Assembly (NCBI RefSeq): GCF_000372725.1
Contig: NW_005202428.1
Location: forward strand, 462,679 to 526,678
Direction: 5' to 3'
DNA length: 64,000 nt
DNA from: Emiliania huxleyi CCMP1516
Lineage: Eukaryota
Below the pieces are notes generated by a model. The model was not told where the DNA came from. It saw nothing but the letters and a program-made list of their open reading frames with translations, and ran no database searches. The position numbers and the translations under genes are program-made. Shown here piece after piece: positions 47,294-58,597 of the stretch (position 1 is the stretch's first letter; each line of letters opens with the position of its first letter).

Positions 47294-48149
47294 ATGCGGA
47301 AGGCGCTCGTGGTTGGCATCAACGAGCAGATACAACGCCTCCAACTGGCTCATCGCGCTCGAAATGCCGAAGCACCGAGATGACCTGCCGAGATTCGCGG
47401 TCGATGCACACAATCTACTTGCAGAGATGGAGGCTCGGAGGACGCGGTTCAACGCGCTCGTGCTCGACTGCTGCCGTAACGACAGGCTCCCCACGGGAGA
47501 TCGCTCGCTGGGCCGCGGCCTCACCTCGATGGACCCAAAGGGCTCGCTCGTAGCATTTGGCTGTGCGCAGGGGCAAACTACAGCCGAGCGGCGAACTGGG
47601 CGGAACGGCATCTTTACTGAGCACCTGCTGAAGCATATCGAGACGCCCGGGCTGGAAATCAACGCCCTGTTCATTCGCGTCGGCAATGCGGTCGAGAGGG
47701 CGACACGGGGCTTGCCGCAACCGATGGTGCCTTATGTCCACCACAGCCTCCGTTGCGAGGGTGCCACGCTATTCCCGGCACTCCCAACTGGAGTGGCGTC
47801 GCTCAGCGCGGCGGCGACAGTAGAGCAGCAAATGGCGCAGGCGCAGGCGCAGGCGCAGCTAGCTCTCGAGAGCAGGCTCCATGAGCTGGAGGCCTCACGG
47901 TTAATGGTCAAAGCAAAGGAGTCGGAGGCTCTGGCCGCTGCTGTCAAGGCCGGCCACGTGCGGCTCGAGGATCTCTGCACCGCCAGCCCTACAGCACGGC
48001 GAGTGAGCATGCAGCCGATCCTTGCGACTTTGCTCAGCATCTCAGCGGTGCGACGCCGCCCGCACGCCGCAGCGAGCTTGTCCTCCGTCTCGAGCCTTCC
48101 TCCTCCTCGTCGTCCCAAAGCGGCGGCAGTGCGGCGGCATGCCTCATGA
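47294..48149 (+). pseudogene. Caspase-like peptidase C14 (paracaspase/bacterial type) with internal deletion
   Basis: MRKALVVGINE, then out of frame YNASNWLI..LVLDCCRN..GSLVAFGCAQGQ..GRNGIFTEHLLKHI..LFIRVGNAV..PYVHHSL; the catalytic-His (GHG) segment is absent. Confidence 0.7.
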
Positions 48150-48383
48150 CCAAATTACTATGGAGACGATAACTGCGTCGTGCGTGATTGGTAAACTCTG
48201 TAACTCTAACTGAAAGCCCACTACTCGACAGGGCACAAGGGTTCTCCTTCAGTCAACTAAAGCGTAGCTCGATCACATCTGCGTCGTATATAACGCTGCC
48301 AGTCGCCATCGCAGAAGAACCGTGTGGCAGTCACCACGCAGTCTTTGCCACAGCCACCGTGCACCGAGAGTCGCATGCCCTCA

Positions 48384-49093
48384 TCAGGCGTAAGTTGCGG
48401 TAGTCTCGCTCGCGCCGCAAGCTCGCGACGAGGCTCCGCTGCCGCTGCCGCGGTGCCTCATCACGGCGCCCATCATCTTGGACTTGAGAGGCGTGACGCC
48501 GTCTCGAGGCAGGTGCTCGGCGAGGTCGACGCCTGCGCGATGCGCGCAGGGCGGCACGGGCGGGCGGCATGGGCGGGCGGGGTGCGTGGAGTCGGGGGGT
48601 GGAGTGGGCGGGTGTTGGGTGTGGGTGTGGGGTGTAGGTGGGGGTGTGGCGGGGGTGCCGTCGGGGCGTTGCGCACCCATCTCCTCCTCCTCCGCAGTCA
48701 CGCGCAGGAGCTTGGCGGCCTGGAGCGACCCGAAGACGATGGACGAGGTGGCCACCGTCCAAGCAAGCACGCGACGAGCGTGCCGAGCACGTTGGTCCCG
48801 AACTGGCCCCCGTGGCCCGTGTAGAAGAGGCCGCCGCCGCCCACGTATAGCCCAGCGTGGCCACCTGCTCGGGCCACGCAAAGAGGCCCGACGCGATGCA
48901 GCCCCAGAAGCCGGGCCACGCGTGCACCGCGCCGGCGTGCACGGGGTCGTCGATCCGAAGCCGCTCGTGCAGCCGCCACGAGCCGCAGTAGACGGCCCCG
49001 GAGACGATGCCGATGATGGCCGCCGCGTAGGGCTCTACCACGCCGCAGGGGCCAGTGATGCCTACGAGCCCCGCCACGATGCCGTTCATGCAC
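48384..49093 (-). pseudogene. AMT: 3' half of an ammonium transporter (Amt family), frameshifted, with no 5' exons upstream
   Basis: NGIVAGLVGIT..AAIIG..LRIDDPV.AGAVH..GFWG..GLFA..GLFY..LLRVTAEEEEMG|VDLAEH; reading frame shifts near 48845 and 48765. Confidence 0.8.
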
Positions 49094-49162
49094 CTGGGGA
49101 GTGGGGTGGGTTTTTTTGGGGGGGGGGGGGGGGAGGAAAAACGGGCGAGCGGGTGGGGATGG

Positions 49163-49714
49163 TAGGGGGTAGACAGCGCCCCAAAATCCACCACTGTGGG
49201 ATTTCGCGCAATCGCTTGACTCTGAAAAGCTCGCCTATCCCTGCGGTGAGCGCTGTGGTCGCCGCAGACTGGCTCCGACTTGATGGGCGCATGGAGACGT
49301 GATGCCTCCATGCGCCCGTCGAGTCAAAATCGACATGCGAGGCGATCTTTGGCCCGCCAGAGGGATAGGCGGCGTTTTGGGCGACAACAGCGCTGCGACC
49401 GCGAAGTGGCGGTGGACATGCTCCCATGTTGCCGACGCGGCGCCGGAGTGGCCGACGCTGCTCGCCGCGACCACGACGGCTACTCCGATGCTCCGGGCCG
49501 ACCCGTCCCACCCGACGGTGGCACTCTTCCACGTCTCGCTCACGCTGGGAAAAATTCTGAAACGGCGTGCAGCAGAGTCACCGACGAGTCGGTCCGCGTG
49601 CCTCCTCGTGTCCCGTACCGTTCTCACACATCCATAAACTCACTTTGGCCCCACTGAAGCAAGCCCTCAATCCTGAATCCTCAGATTTTAGATTAGGACG
49701 CTGTCCACCCCCTA
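49163..49714. mobile_element. MITE with ~23 bp imperfect TIRs and a 7 bp target-site duplication
   Basis: TAGGGGGTAGACAGCGCCCCAA...TTAGGACGCTGTCCACCCCCTA, flanked on both sides by GGGATGG (49156-49162 and 49715-49721). Confidence 0.85.
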
Positions 49715-50044
49715 GGGATGGGCGATGGAGGACCCGACGGGCGCGTCAAACTGTCAGCTGTCGTACTAGCTAGTACGACTGGCTACTAGCAGCTAGGTGG
49801 AGCAGCTAGGTGGAGCAGCTAGCACGTCCACACTCCCGCCCTCCCGACCCCTCGACACCCCTACAGCGGCACGCTCTACCCCTCCCGCCGTTTTAGGGCC
49901 TCCCCACCCGCACTCCCTGTACGCAATCAACAGTACAGGCCCGGTCTCGCGCCATCTTGTCCCATTTGCGCCGAAACGCCGAAGCGCGCCCTTCCACACG
50001 TCCTCTCCCTCCCGCCTCAGGCCCTCCGTCGACTCCCCCATCCA

Positions 50045-51996
50045 TCACGAGGACGGGTGGGCAAAGAGCAGCTCCGACGACCCGTCGCGCCTCGGCGGCT
50101 TCTTGAAGGCGGTCGTGTCGGAGCGGGAGCGCCTGTGCATCGCCACCGGCGACGAGGCGCGCGCAGGGCTCTGCGTCGCCGCGGCGGCACCGGCGGCCGG
50201 TGGTTCGGGTCCTGCGGCCCGCCGCGTCGAGAGGGGTGTCGGCGGCTGGTCCCGGGCCACGGCCACCATAGCAGAGGCGGCGCACCAGGCCGACCGCCGG
50301 CGCTGCTGCTCGCGGAGCGCGGCCACGAGGCGGAGCAGGATGGCGGCGGCGGCGGCGGTGGCAACAAAGGAAAGGAGGGCCCACGCGAGGAGCCACCGGT
50401 CAGACGGCAGCTCGAGGGAGCTCATCAGCGCAAAGACGAGTGCGAGCGCGAGGTTGAGGGCGGTGAGACTCCACTCCTCGCGGAGGGGCGGCGGCGACGC
50501 CCTCCCCGAGAGGCCCTCGAGGGCGGTGAGCACCATCATGCTGCAACCGACCGCCGTCAGGTAGTGCCACGTGCCGTGCTCTAGGTCGTAGAGCTTGCGT
50601 AGCTCCACGCGGCGGGCCCGGCTGCGCGACCAGGCCTCCCTCTCGCTGGCCTCCTCAAAGGAGGGAAGCAGAGGCGGCGATGGAGGCGGCGATGGAGGCG
50701 CAGGAGGCGAAGGAGGCGGCGACGGAGGTGCAAGCGGCGGCAGAGGAGGCTCGGGGAAGGTGTGATGGGGGGAGGGCGCGGACGGCGGCGGGGCCGCGGG
50801 TTGCTCTGGCTTTGGGAGGTGGCAATCGAGCCGCCGCTTGGGACCGTGCCCCGTCATAAGAAGGAGTCTGCTCTCGTCCCGAGTGGCGCACCGGCCCGAG
50901 CCACCGAGCGCGTCCTGGTCCGGAGCCAGGCAGAGCCAGACCCAGTCCGGCCGCGTGTCGTTGACCCAATAGTGCCCCTCGCAGCTGAACGCCGGCTGGG
51001 CAAGCTGCTCGCACGGCACGCCGTGCGGGGTCGCCTCGCGCGAGAGGACGCTGCTGCAGTCGGCGACCCAGACATATCGGGAAGTTGCGAGACCCTTGTT
51101 GTCCGCCGCACGCTGGTTGAGCGCGTAGGCCACCCCGATCACAACCAGCGGCCAACCCACCGCCCACAGAGCGCGCACGGCCGCCTTGACGCGCCGTCGC
51201 TCGTACCGCTGGGCCAGCAGAAACTGGGTGCCGACGTTTAACGTGCAGACCACCGCACCGGCGGCCAGGAGCACCTACACACAGGAAACGGCAGTCAGAG
51301 CAACGCCAGTCCCTAGAAGGAGGGGGGCCAGCAGCGCGGTAGCACGTCGTACGAGAGGAGGTGGCCTTGGTGCGTGAGCATGATAGCTGCACCAAAGAGG
51401 CCAAGGGCTGTCGTCAGCATGGTGGCCCAGTCTCGCGGCCGGTCGGGCCGTCCGAGCGCAGCGTGGATGGTGCCGTTCAGGGCCATGCAGCTCATATAGG
51501 TGAAGGTGCAGAACATCGCGAACCTGGCCAGGGAGATTGGGAGCGGAGAGTAGGAGAGAAAGGGAGCAAGAAGCAGCAAGAGCGAAGCAGGAGGGGACCG
51601 GTCTGTGTTGTGTTGCCAAGTTTTGCCTTCTGAGGCGTCGGCGTGGAACGCCCAGGACGCGGCGCCGAGGAAGACGAAGAAGATGGCCATCCCAAAGAGC
51701 TGTGGGCTCAAGTACCGCTCGGAGAGGGCCTGCATGAAGAAGAACCCGATCCCCGAAGTGATCATGCACAGGTTGGTCACGGTCGCAAAGGGCTCTGCTA
51801 TGCTGAAGGGCCTGTCGCCGACATCCCGCTCCGGCGTGAACTTGCGTTCAGTGCCATCAGCGCCGTAGCGCACGGTTGAGTCGAGGTACACAGAGCTCGC
51901 GTAAACCACGGCGGGGATGGTGCCAATCAGAGAGGCAAACGTAACGAGGGCGAGCGACACTGCGCGCTGAAGCTGGCCGTGGTCCTCAAGCGACAT
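50045..51996 (-). CDS. CREST-superfamily (alkaline ceramidase/SID-1-like) multi-pass membrane hydrolase, multi-exon
   Basis: EPFATVTNL, LGAASWAFHA (SxxxH), D.FAM and YDLEHGTWHYLTA (HxxxH) motifs with several hydrophobic helices. Confidence 0.65.
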
Positions 51997-52413
51997 CGCA
52001 GCGGTAGCGGATGTCGTGGTGCTCGTTCGCGCTCGCGCGCAAAGGCAGCGTGCGGCGGAAGCCGCCATGTGTCCGCCGAGCGAGCCGCTTGGCTGATAGC
52101 GCCGGCTTTGACCGAATAGGTCCGGCGGTCTCTCGGCCCAAGTGTGAATAGGTCCGGCGGTCTCTCGTTCGCTACGTGTTCGACGTCGTCGAACAACGTT
52201 CGACCATGGCACTGTTCACAGCGCGCGCGGACGGCGGTTCTGCGACTCCCGCTCCGCAGGACTTTTGTAAAGCATGCTTGTGGCAAGTTACAGATTTTGA
52301 AGAAAAGTCCTCCTTATCAGCTGGTCGCTTCGCTCTCGCTCGCCTTGTCCGGCGCCGCCGCGCGGCCGGCCACGGCTGCGCCCGGCCTCGTCTCCACGGT
52401 CTCAGACGGCCTC

Positions 52414-53701
52414 ATGGCGCCTACTGACGCCGACGAGACGGAGCGCGTCGGATTCGTGCTGCAAAAACTTTCAATCTCGCCGACGCTTTATGAGGCACCG
52501 AATCGACCAGAGCCACAACACTCCTCGCCTGGCTCGGTCGGGTCAGCGCCCGGCTGCGATCGACTGGCCTCCAGTTCGAACCCAGGTGGGCCTGCTGCCG
52601 GCCACGTTGGCTCGCCAGAGCTGCCGGGCTTGCCCAGCCTCGCTGGCGCGTTTGGCGAGGCTGGGGTGGCTGCTGGGCATGACGACATCGCAGCAATGAC
52701 CTCCACGCTGCGGAACATCCGACTGGGGTTCGCACAGGAAGCCGCAGCGACGCCGCGTTCAGCGGGCGATGCGCGCGTTCCTGCTGCGCAAGGGCACCAT
52801 CATCATCACGATCCTCATCACCAAGATACAGGCCGCTGCGCGCGGCCTCAACACTCGAACTTCACTGACCAATTTCTTCAAGGCCTGCCCGCCTAGCGGG
52901 CGCACCGCCGACCTCTTCCTCAGCCGCGTCTATGGCGGCCACGAGGGCGGGCGGCGGCGCGGCGGCGGCTACGTCGTCGATTTCATCTACTGTTTACGCT
53001 CCACAAGTCTTCCTCTCCCCTTCTCGGAAGCGTTGGCCCGTTTCCCTCTCGAAATCTACAACCCTTACGGCACAGTGCGCGGCTGCGACGGAACCATCGG
53101 GTTCCGCCACCAACGCGAGGCCACCGGAGAGCAGCTGTGCCTGCCTCCGCCCTCGTCCCCCTCCTCCCCCCGTGAGTCGCCCTGCCCCAGCCGTCCAGAG
53201 CACGACCTCTGGCGGGCCAGCCAGCCCCACTCTGCGGGCGCCAAGAAGAAGAAGAAGAAGCAGACGTCGCGCACGCGGCAAGAGAAGAAACACGGCAAGC
53301 GCGAGGCGGCGGCTCGAGAGGCTGCCGCTGCCGCGGCTGCCCGCGCGGCTGCTCAGGCGGCTGCTCAGGCCGCTCAGGCGGCCGCTCTCGGACGGTACAG
53401 ATTGGTCAACGCTTGGTTCTACCCCCGCGGCGACTGGTATACCTTCTACTGGGATGGCAGCTCGGCCGACAAGACCGCTCCTCCGACGACTCCTCCTCCG
53501 ACCGCGACTCATGCGGCACCGGCTCCACTAGCGAGGCGAATGACATATTCGACACCCTCGAAGCCCATCTCGGCTACGGTTCCGACTCCGGCTCCGGCTG
53601 GTAGTCGACAAGCTGCCGAGCGCAAATCACTCTGTGTGACACATTTCTTGTTGGCTTCTAAAAATCTCTCTCTCAGATTTTGTTGTTGTTACAGACGCTA
53701 G
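52414..53701 (+). other. Coding-like region of unknown function with an IQ-like motif; frames discontinuous
   Basis: KIQAAARGLNTR, Lys-rich and Ala-rich stretches in overlapping ORFs. Confidence 0.25.
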
Positions 53702-53720
53702 TAGAGAGAGAGAGACTTCA

Positions 53721-53767
53721 GAGAGAGAGATTTTTAGCAATACCAAACAACTCTAACACTCACACGT
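53721..53767. repeat. 47 bp exact dispersed repeat starting in (GA)n; second copy 61088-61134
   Basis: GAGAGAGAGATTTTTAGCAATACCAAACAACTCTAACACTCACACGT occurs twice. Confidence 0.9.
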
Positions 53768-53925
53768 CACTTGGGGCCTGGAGCCCTGTTCACGCGCGCG
53801 CGCGAGACGTGTGTGACCACCCTCTCCCCAACAAAGAACAGGAAATAAGCTCGAGAGAGAGTAGTGCCGAAGGCGCCCTTTTTGATTGAGCGCTTGCTTT
53901 TCTGGGATTAGTCGGACCGGTACAG

Positions 53926-55203
53926 TCATCATTTTGGCCCCGATATTCCCCCGTCCACGAGCACATCGGTCGTGTTGGCACCGATACAGCGCCACCGCCC
54001 GGCATCCTCTACAGCACGATTCCGTCGCCGACGCCGCCTCCCTCCGCCTCGCCGCTGTCGCCGCCGCCTCCCTCCACCTCGCCGTCGCCGCCGCCTCCTT
54101 CCGCGTCGCCCTCGCCGCCGCCTCCCTCGACCTCACCGTCACCGCCGCCGCCGTCCGCCTCGCCCTCACCGCCACCGCCCTCGGCATCGCCCTCGCCGGT
54201 TGAGCGGCAGCAGGCCATCGTTGAGCGGCAGATTGAGCGGCAGCTGGCCTTCGTTGAGCGGCAGTTTGAGCGGCAGCTGGCCATCGTTGAGCGGCAGCTT
54301 GAGCGGCAGCTGGCCATCGTTGAGCGGCAGCTTGAGCGGCAGCTGGCCATCGTTGAGCGGCTCGCTGCTGCTGCCGCGGCCAACGGGTCGCTGATGCATA
54401 TCATTCAGCGCTATGCGCTCCTCGAGCAGCGAGTCGACCCCGCGCCGCTCATTGCGGGTTGGAACCGCGCCGTGGTGGCGCTCGGCCTCCAAGGGCGCAG
54501 GTTCGGATCGGCCTTTGCGCTACATACCTGCTCCGGTGTGCGGCTCATCACCAGCCACCACGTCCTCCTCGACTGCGGCTGGGATGCGGACTCTCGGCCG
54601 CTGATCGACGTCGGCGTTGGCGCCTCGATTACGTACGACAGCTGGCCCCACCGTGCGGAGGTACTCGCCCACTCGCCCTCGCCGGCCGGCCGCCGCGACG
54701 CCGCCGACCACCGCGCCGGCTATCCCAAGCCGTTTCTCGATCTCGCGATGCTCGAGCTGGTGGACGGGTCTTTGCCCAACGCCTTGGAGGCTGGCAACGA
54801 CGTGCAGGTGGGCGACCAGGTGGTGATCCTCGGCTACGGGACGCAGAACTACAAGCATGCCGCCGTGCAGAACACCATGTACGGCTCGGTCGCGTGCATC
54901 GAGCGGGTAGACGAGAAGCACGGCTGCCGCGTGATTGACATCCAGGGCGACATCCTCGACGGCCACTCGGGCGGGCCCATCGTATCGCTGCGCACGCGGA
55001 AGGTCATCGCCATCTCTGTCGCCTCACACTCGGTCTCACAGACCGGCTTTGTCGTGGGGATCGATGGCCTGACCTGCCGCGTCTCGAACGCCGTTGGAGG
55101 CCTCCACTTTGGAGTTCCCGTCACGGAGCTCGCCACCTTCTTCACGGCGCTGGGGGGGGTCGCTGACGATGGTTCTATCTGTAGAGCGAGCAACTCTGTC
55201 TGA
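53926..55203 (+). CDS. Trypsin-like serine protease preceded in frame by Ser-Pro4 repeats and 11-aa ERQLAIVERQL repeats; start not located
   Basis: GSAFAL..ITSHHV (His), DLAMLEL (Asp), GHSGGPIV (Ser); the frame is open upstream of ATG 54394 through 33 bp repeats (54199-54360) and SPPPPSAS repeats (54022-54198). Confidence 0.75.
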   Translation, partial: SSFWPRYSPVHEHIGRVGTDTAPPPGILYSTIPSPTPPPSASPLSPPPPSTSPSPPPPSASPSPPPPSTSPSPPPPSASPSPPPPSASPSPVERQQAIVERQIERQLAFVERQFERQLAIVERQLERQLAIVERQLERQLAIVERLAAAAAANGSLMHIIQRYALLEQRVDPAPLIAGWNRAVVALGLQGRRFGSAFALHTCSGVRLITSHHVLLDCGWDADSRPLIDVGVGASITYDSWPHRAEVLAHSPSPAGRRDAADHRAGYPKPFLDLAMLELVDGSLPNALEAGNDVQVGDQVVILGYGTQNYKHAAVQNTMYGSVACIERVDEKHGCRVIDIQGDILDGHSGGPIVSLRTRKVIAISVASHSVSQTGFVVGIDGLTCRVSNAVGGLHFGVPVTELATFFTALGGVADDGSICRASNSV

Positions 55204-55506
55204 AGACGTGTACTTTACTGTGTCACGATCGTTCGTTTTGTTGTACTGCCCCTGCACAATGATGTTTGCCCCTGCAGACTGTAGTTTATGGTGGTTTAGA
55301 GCTTGCGGGGGGGGGGGGGGGGGAAATTTGGGCGGTCGACTTCAATTTTGGGGGGGGGGGACCACTGTTTTGGGGATCCTGCCAACCCGCTACAGTTGTA
55401 GCCCGACTGCCCATAAAATGGACACCTCAACGGGAGGGCACTCGCAGCATGCGGGGCCGAATCCTGCAGCCTTCTTCTTGGCCCGGAGAGGGTGATCAGG
55501 CACAGG

Positions 55507-55570
55507 TCAGAGAAGCAAACGTAACGAGGGCGAGCGACGCTGCGCGCTGAAGCTGGCCGTGGCCCTCAAG
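55507..55570. repeat. 64 bp copy of the first coding exon of the CREST gene (51927-51990)
   Basis: TCAGAGA.GCAAACGTAACGAGGGCGAGCGAC.CTGCGCGCTGAAGCTGGCCGTGG.CCTCAAG, 3 mismatches. Confidence 0.9.
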
Positions 55571-55838
55571 TGACAAACAACACAGCCGTAGCGGCAGAAG
55601 GCGCCATCCTGGACGGTCAGTGCCCAGCTTCTGCCATCACGTGGTCGCCGAAATGTTGCCGCCTCGTTTGCCTCGAGGATGTAAGGTTTACCGCTTCCGC
55701 TGCCCTGGGTGGATGGTAGCGGGGGGCCCATAAAGAAATAGAGCAGTCATCTGCTCATCTCCAGGGAGAGATGGGCGACGCACACGAACACAGAGGGACA
55801 TAGTGCGCACTAGCGGGGGGCCCCGCCGGAGGCTGGTA

Positions 55839-55916
55839 CTTGGAGCACTTGGAGTGCAGTTATTAACCTCACATGCGGGGCCGGGGAGCTAAGAAGCGCA
55901 CCCAGCGAGCCGGATG
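55839..55916 (+). repeat. 78 bp dispersed repeat, copy 2
   Basis: Matches 6488-6565. Confidence 0.85.
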
Positions 55917-55981
55917 TTCCCTGTTTTTCTTTGCCACACTATCGGCCGGCGGTGGACTTGCCCACATTTGGTCTCCGCCGA

Positions 55982-56447
55982 ATGCCTGGCGATCCGCCGC
56001 AGAACAAGTCTGAGCAGGATGGCACGGCTCATCCCCGCAGCGACCCGAATCTACTTAGCGCCGAGGCGCCCCCCGCGACCGACGCGCTGGAGCTGATCCT
56101 CGGCTGGACGAGCTCGCTGATGGAGGTGGACTCGGTCTGGCGCGCCTTGCAGGAGGAGAAGGCCAGAGGCTGGGCCTCCGAGGCGGTAGACCGGATGTGG
56201 AAGCGGCGGGACGAGCTCATGTCCAAGGCCAACCGGCGCACCGAGGTCTTCACGCCTTCGACCAAGAAGTACGTGCGCTTCTACCGCGAGTGGATGCCAG
56301 CGCTGGCGCCCGTCTTCGCTGGCCGCGCCGGCGCGAACCGCAGCTTTGCCGACATCGGCGCCTCGCCAGGCGGGATGTGCGAGTACCTCGTCGGCGACTT
56401 GGGCTGGCGCGGCCACGCCTTCTCACTGTCCCAGGCGAGCCTCGCGG

Positions 56448-56478
<31 letters not shown>

Positions 56479-58330
56479 CCTCCCTCCCTCCCTCCCTCCC
56501 TCCCTCTCCCTCCCTCCCTCCCTCCCTCCCTCCGTCCCCATCCCTCCCTCCCTCCCTCCCTCCCTCCCTCCCTCTCTTTGCTGCACACACCCACTCTCGT
56601 CCGCGACACGCGCCTCGCCCGCCGCCGCCCGCTCGGACACACTGTATCTCGCGCGATCTCTCTGCGCCAGGCGGACGGAGGCTTCGGCATGACCTTCTCC
56701 CACGTCCGCCTCGGCTACAGCGACGCGGACCTGTCCGCCGACGGCTCGCCACCCTTAGATGCGGACCACAGATCCACATCTCCATATCTCCCCACATCTC
56801 CCCGTATCTCCCCGCTCCCCACATCTCGAGGCCTAGATGCGGACCACAGATTGCGTGTACTCCGACTAGCAGAGGGGCCGTTCGTTCACAGTGCGAGGGG
56901 CGTGAAGAGACGCTGCTCGCTTCTCGAGGCATGCCAACGGTGCCGGTGAGGCGGCGGGCGCCGTCAAGGAGGAGGAGGAGGTGGCCGGGGGGGGGGGGCA
57001 CAGAGCGCCTCCCACAGCTGCCCGTGCCGTCTCCTCGCTCTCACCCGTGTGTCTGCATGGCGCAGGCTCGTGGCGCCGCCTGCTGGGCGCGGCCCCGTCG
57101 GCCGACTTTGTCAACGCGGGCAAGCCGTGGTCGGAGATCGGGCAGAAGGGCCCTTCTGGCAGAAGGGCCCTAGAAGGGCCCTAGAAGGGCCCTGGGGGCC
57201 TCCGCGTAGGCATCGTGGTCGACCGCGGGCAAAAGAAGGCGCACGGCGCAGCCGAGGCGGGCGAGGCGCGGCGCGAGTCTGCTTTACGCGTTTCTATTTA
57301 CCGCGGTGGCGCGTGTCTCTCTCAGGTTTGACGAGGAGGGGCACGAGTACCACACCTCCAGAGTACCGAACCCAGTGTGGCTGTCTCTCTCAGGTGGACG
57401 AGGAGGGGCACGAGTACCACACCTCCAGAGTACCGAACCCAGTGTGGCTGTCTCTCTCAGGTGGACGAGGAGGGGCACGAGGGGTGGGCGCGCTCGGTCC
57501 GGTCTCTCGAGTTCGGCGCCATCCTCCGGAACGAGCTCCAGATGCCTATCTCGCACAATCTCGCCTAATCTCGGCGGTCTCCCGCCCAAGGCGCCATTCT
57601 CCGGAACGAGCTCCTCTTCGCCCTGCGCGCCCTCAAGCCGGGCGTGCCGCCCTAGATGCGCTACCACGAACCTTTGTATTCCGACGAGCACTCGAGAGGA
57701 CGCGCAGTCGGCTCTATGCAGCCGGACTCGCTTCCCCCTCCGTTCACGCGCATGCCCGGCACACACCGGCACGGCTCGGTGTTTGCACGCCGTGACGTGA
57801 GGTTGGCCCACGGCGAAGGCGGCCACCTCTACTTTGCGTACCAGCTCGGCATCTACTCGATGCTCTTCCGGCTGCTCCTCGCGCTGCGGCCCGCCTTTGG
57901 GCGCGTGCGCGTGACGCCGACCTTCGCCGCGCACCGCACGCCCCTCTACGTTTTCCTCGGCGAGTACTCTGGCGCGGAGAGCCCCGCCGCCGTCGCGGCG
58001 CTCACCTGTCTCGAGGCGCTGCCGACGGCCATGGTGCTGTGAACAGCGTCTCTTCACACCTCGAGCTGTGAACAGGCGCTCACCTTTCTCGAGGCGCTGC
58101 CGACGGCGGGCGCGGGCGCGTACGTGGCGTGGCACCTCTCTGCGTGGGACGGCGCGGCGAGGGCGCTGCACGCCGAGCTCTCGCCCGACCTGCACGCGGT
58201 GTGGCGGACGCAGGAGGGCTACCTGAGGGAGCAGCGGCTCACCGCCGAGCGGCAGTTCGGAGCCGACGGCGCGGCGCGCAAGGGAGGGGGGAAGGGCGGC
58301 CGCCCGCCCGGCACGCGCGCGGGGTTGTGA
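55982..58330 (+). CDS. FtsJ/RrmJ-like 2'-O-methyltransferase domain protein, multi-exon
   Basis: FADIGASPGGMCEYL..GWRGHAFSL, ADFVNAG, ILRNELLFALRALKPG..GGHL and FGRVRVTP..HRTPLYVFLGEY. Confidence 0.7.
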
Positions 58331-58597
58331 TGGACAGGTTGGTTTTCGTTATCTCTGCGAGGCGTGAATCTTGTGAGACCGTTCCGCCGCGTGTGGACAG
58401 TGGAGAGTGTGGAGCCGCTGCTCTCGCTGCGGTCGCTCCGAGGAAAACGTGTCCCCTCATTTCCGACCTCCACGATGTGGGGAGATGTGCTCTGGCTCGC
58501 ACACGAGGGCGACACGCACTCGGCGGCATTCACTTGTCTCTCCAGCCCCTTTCGCTCACTCACCGACTGTGGCGCACTCTCACGACACAGCTCACAG

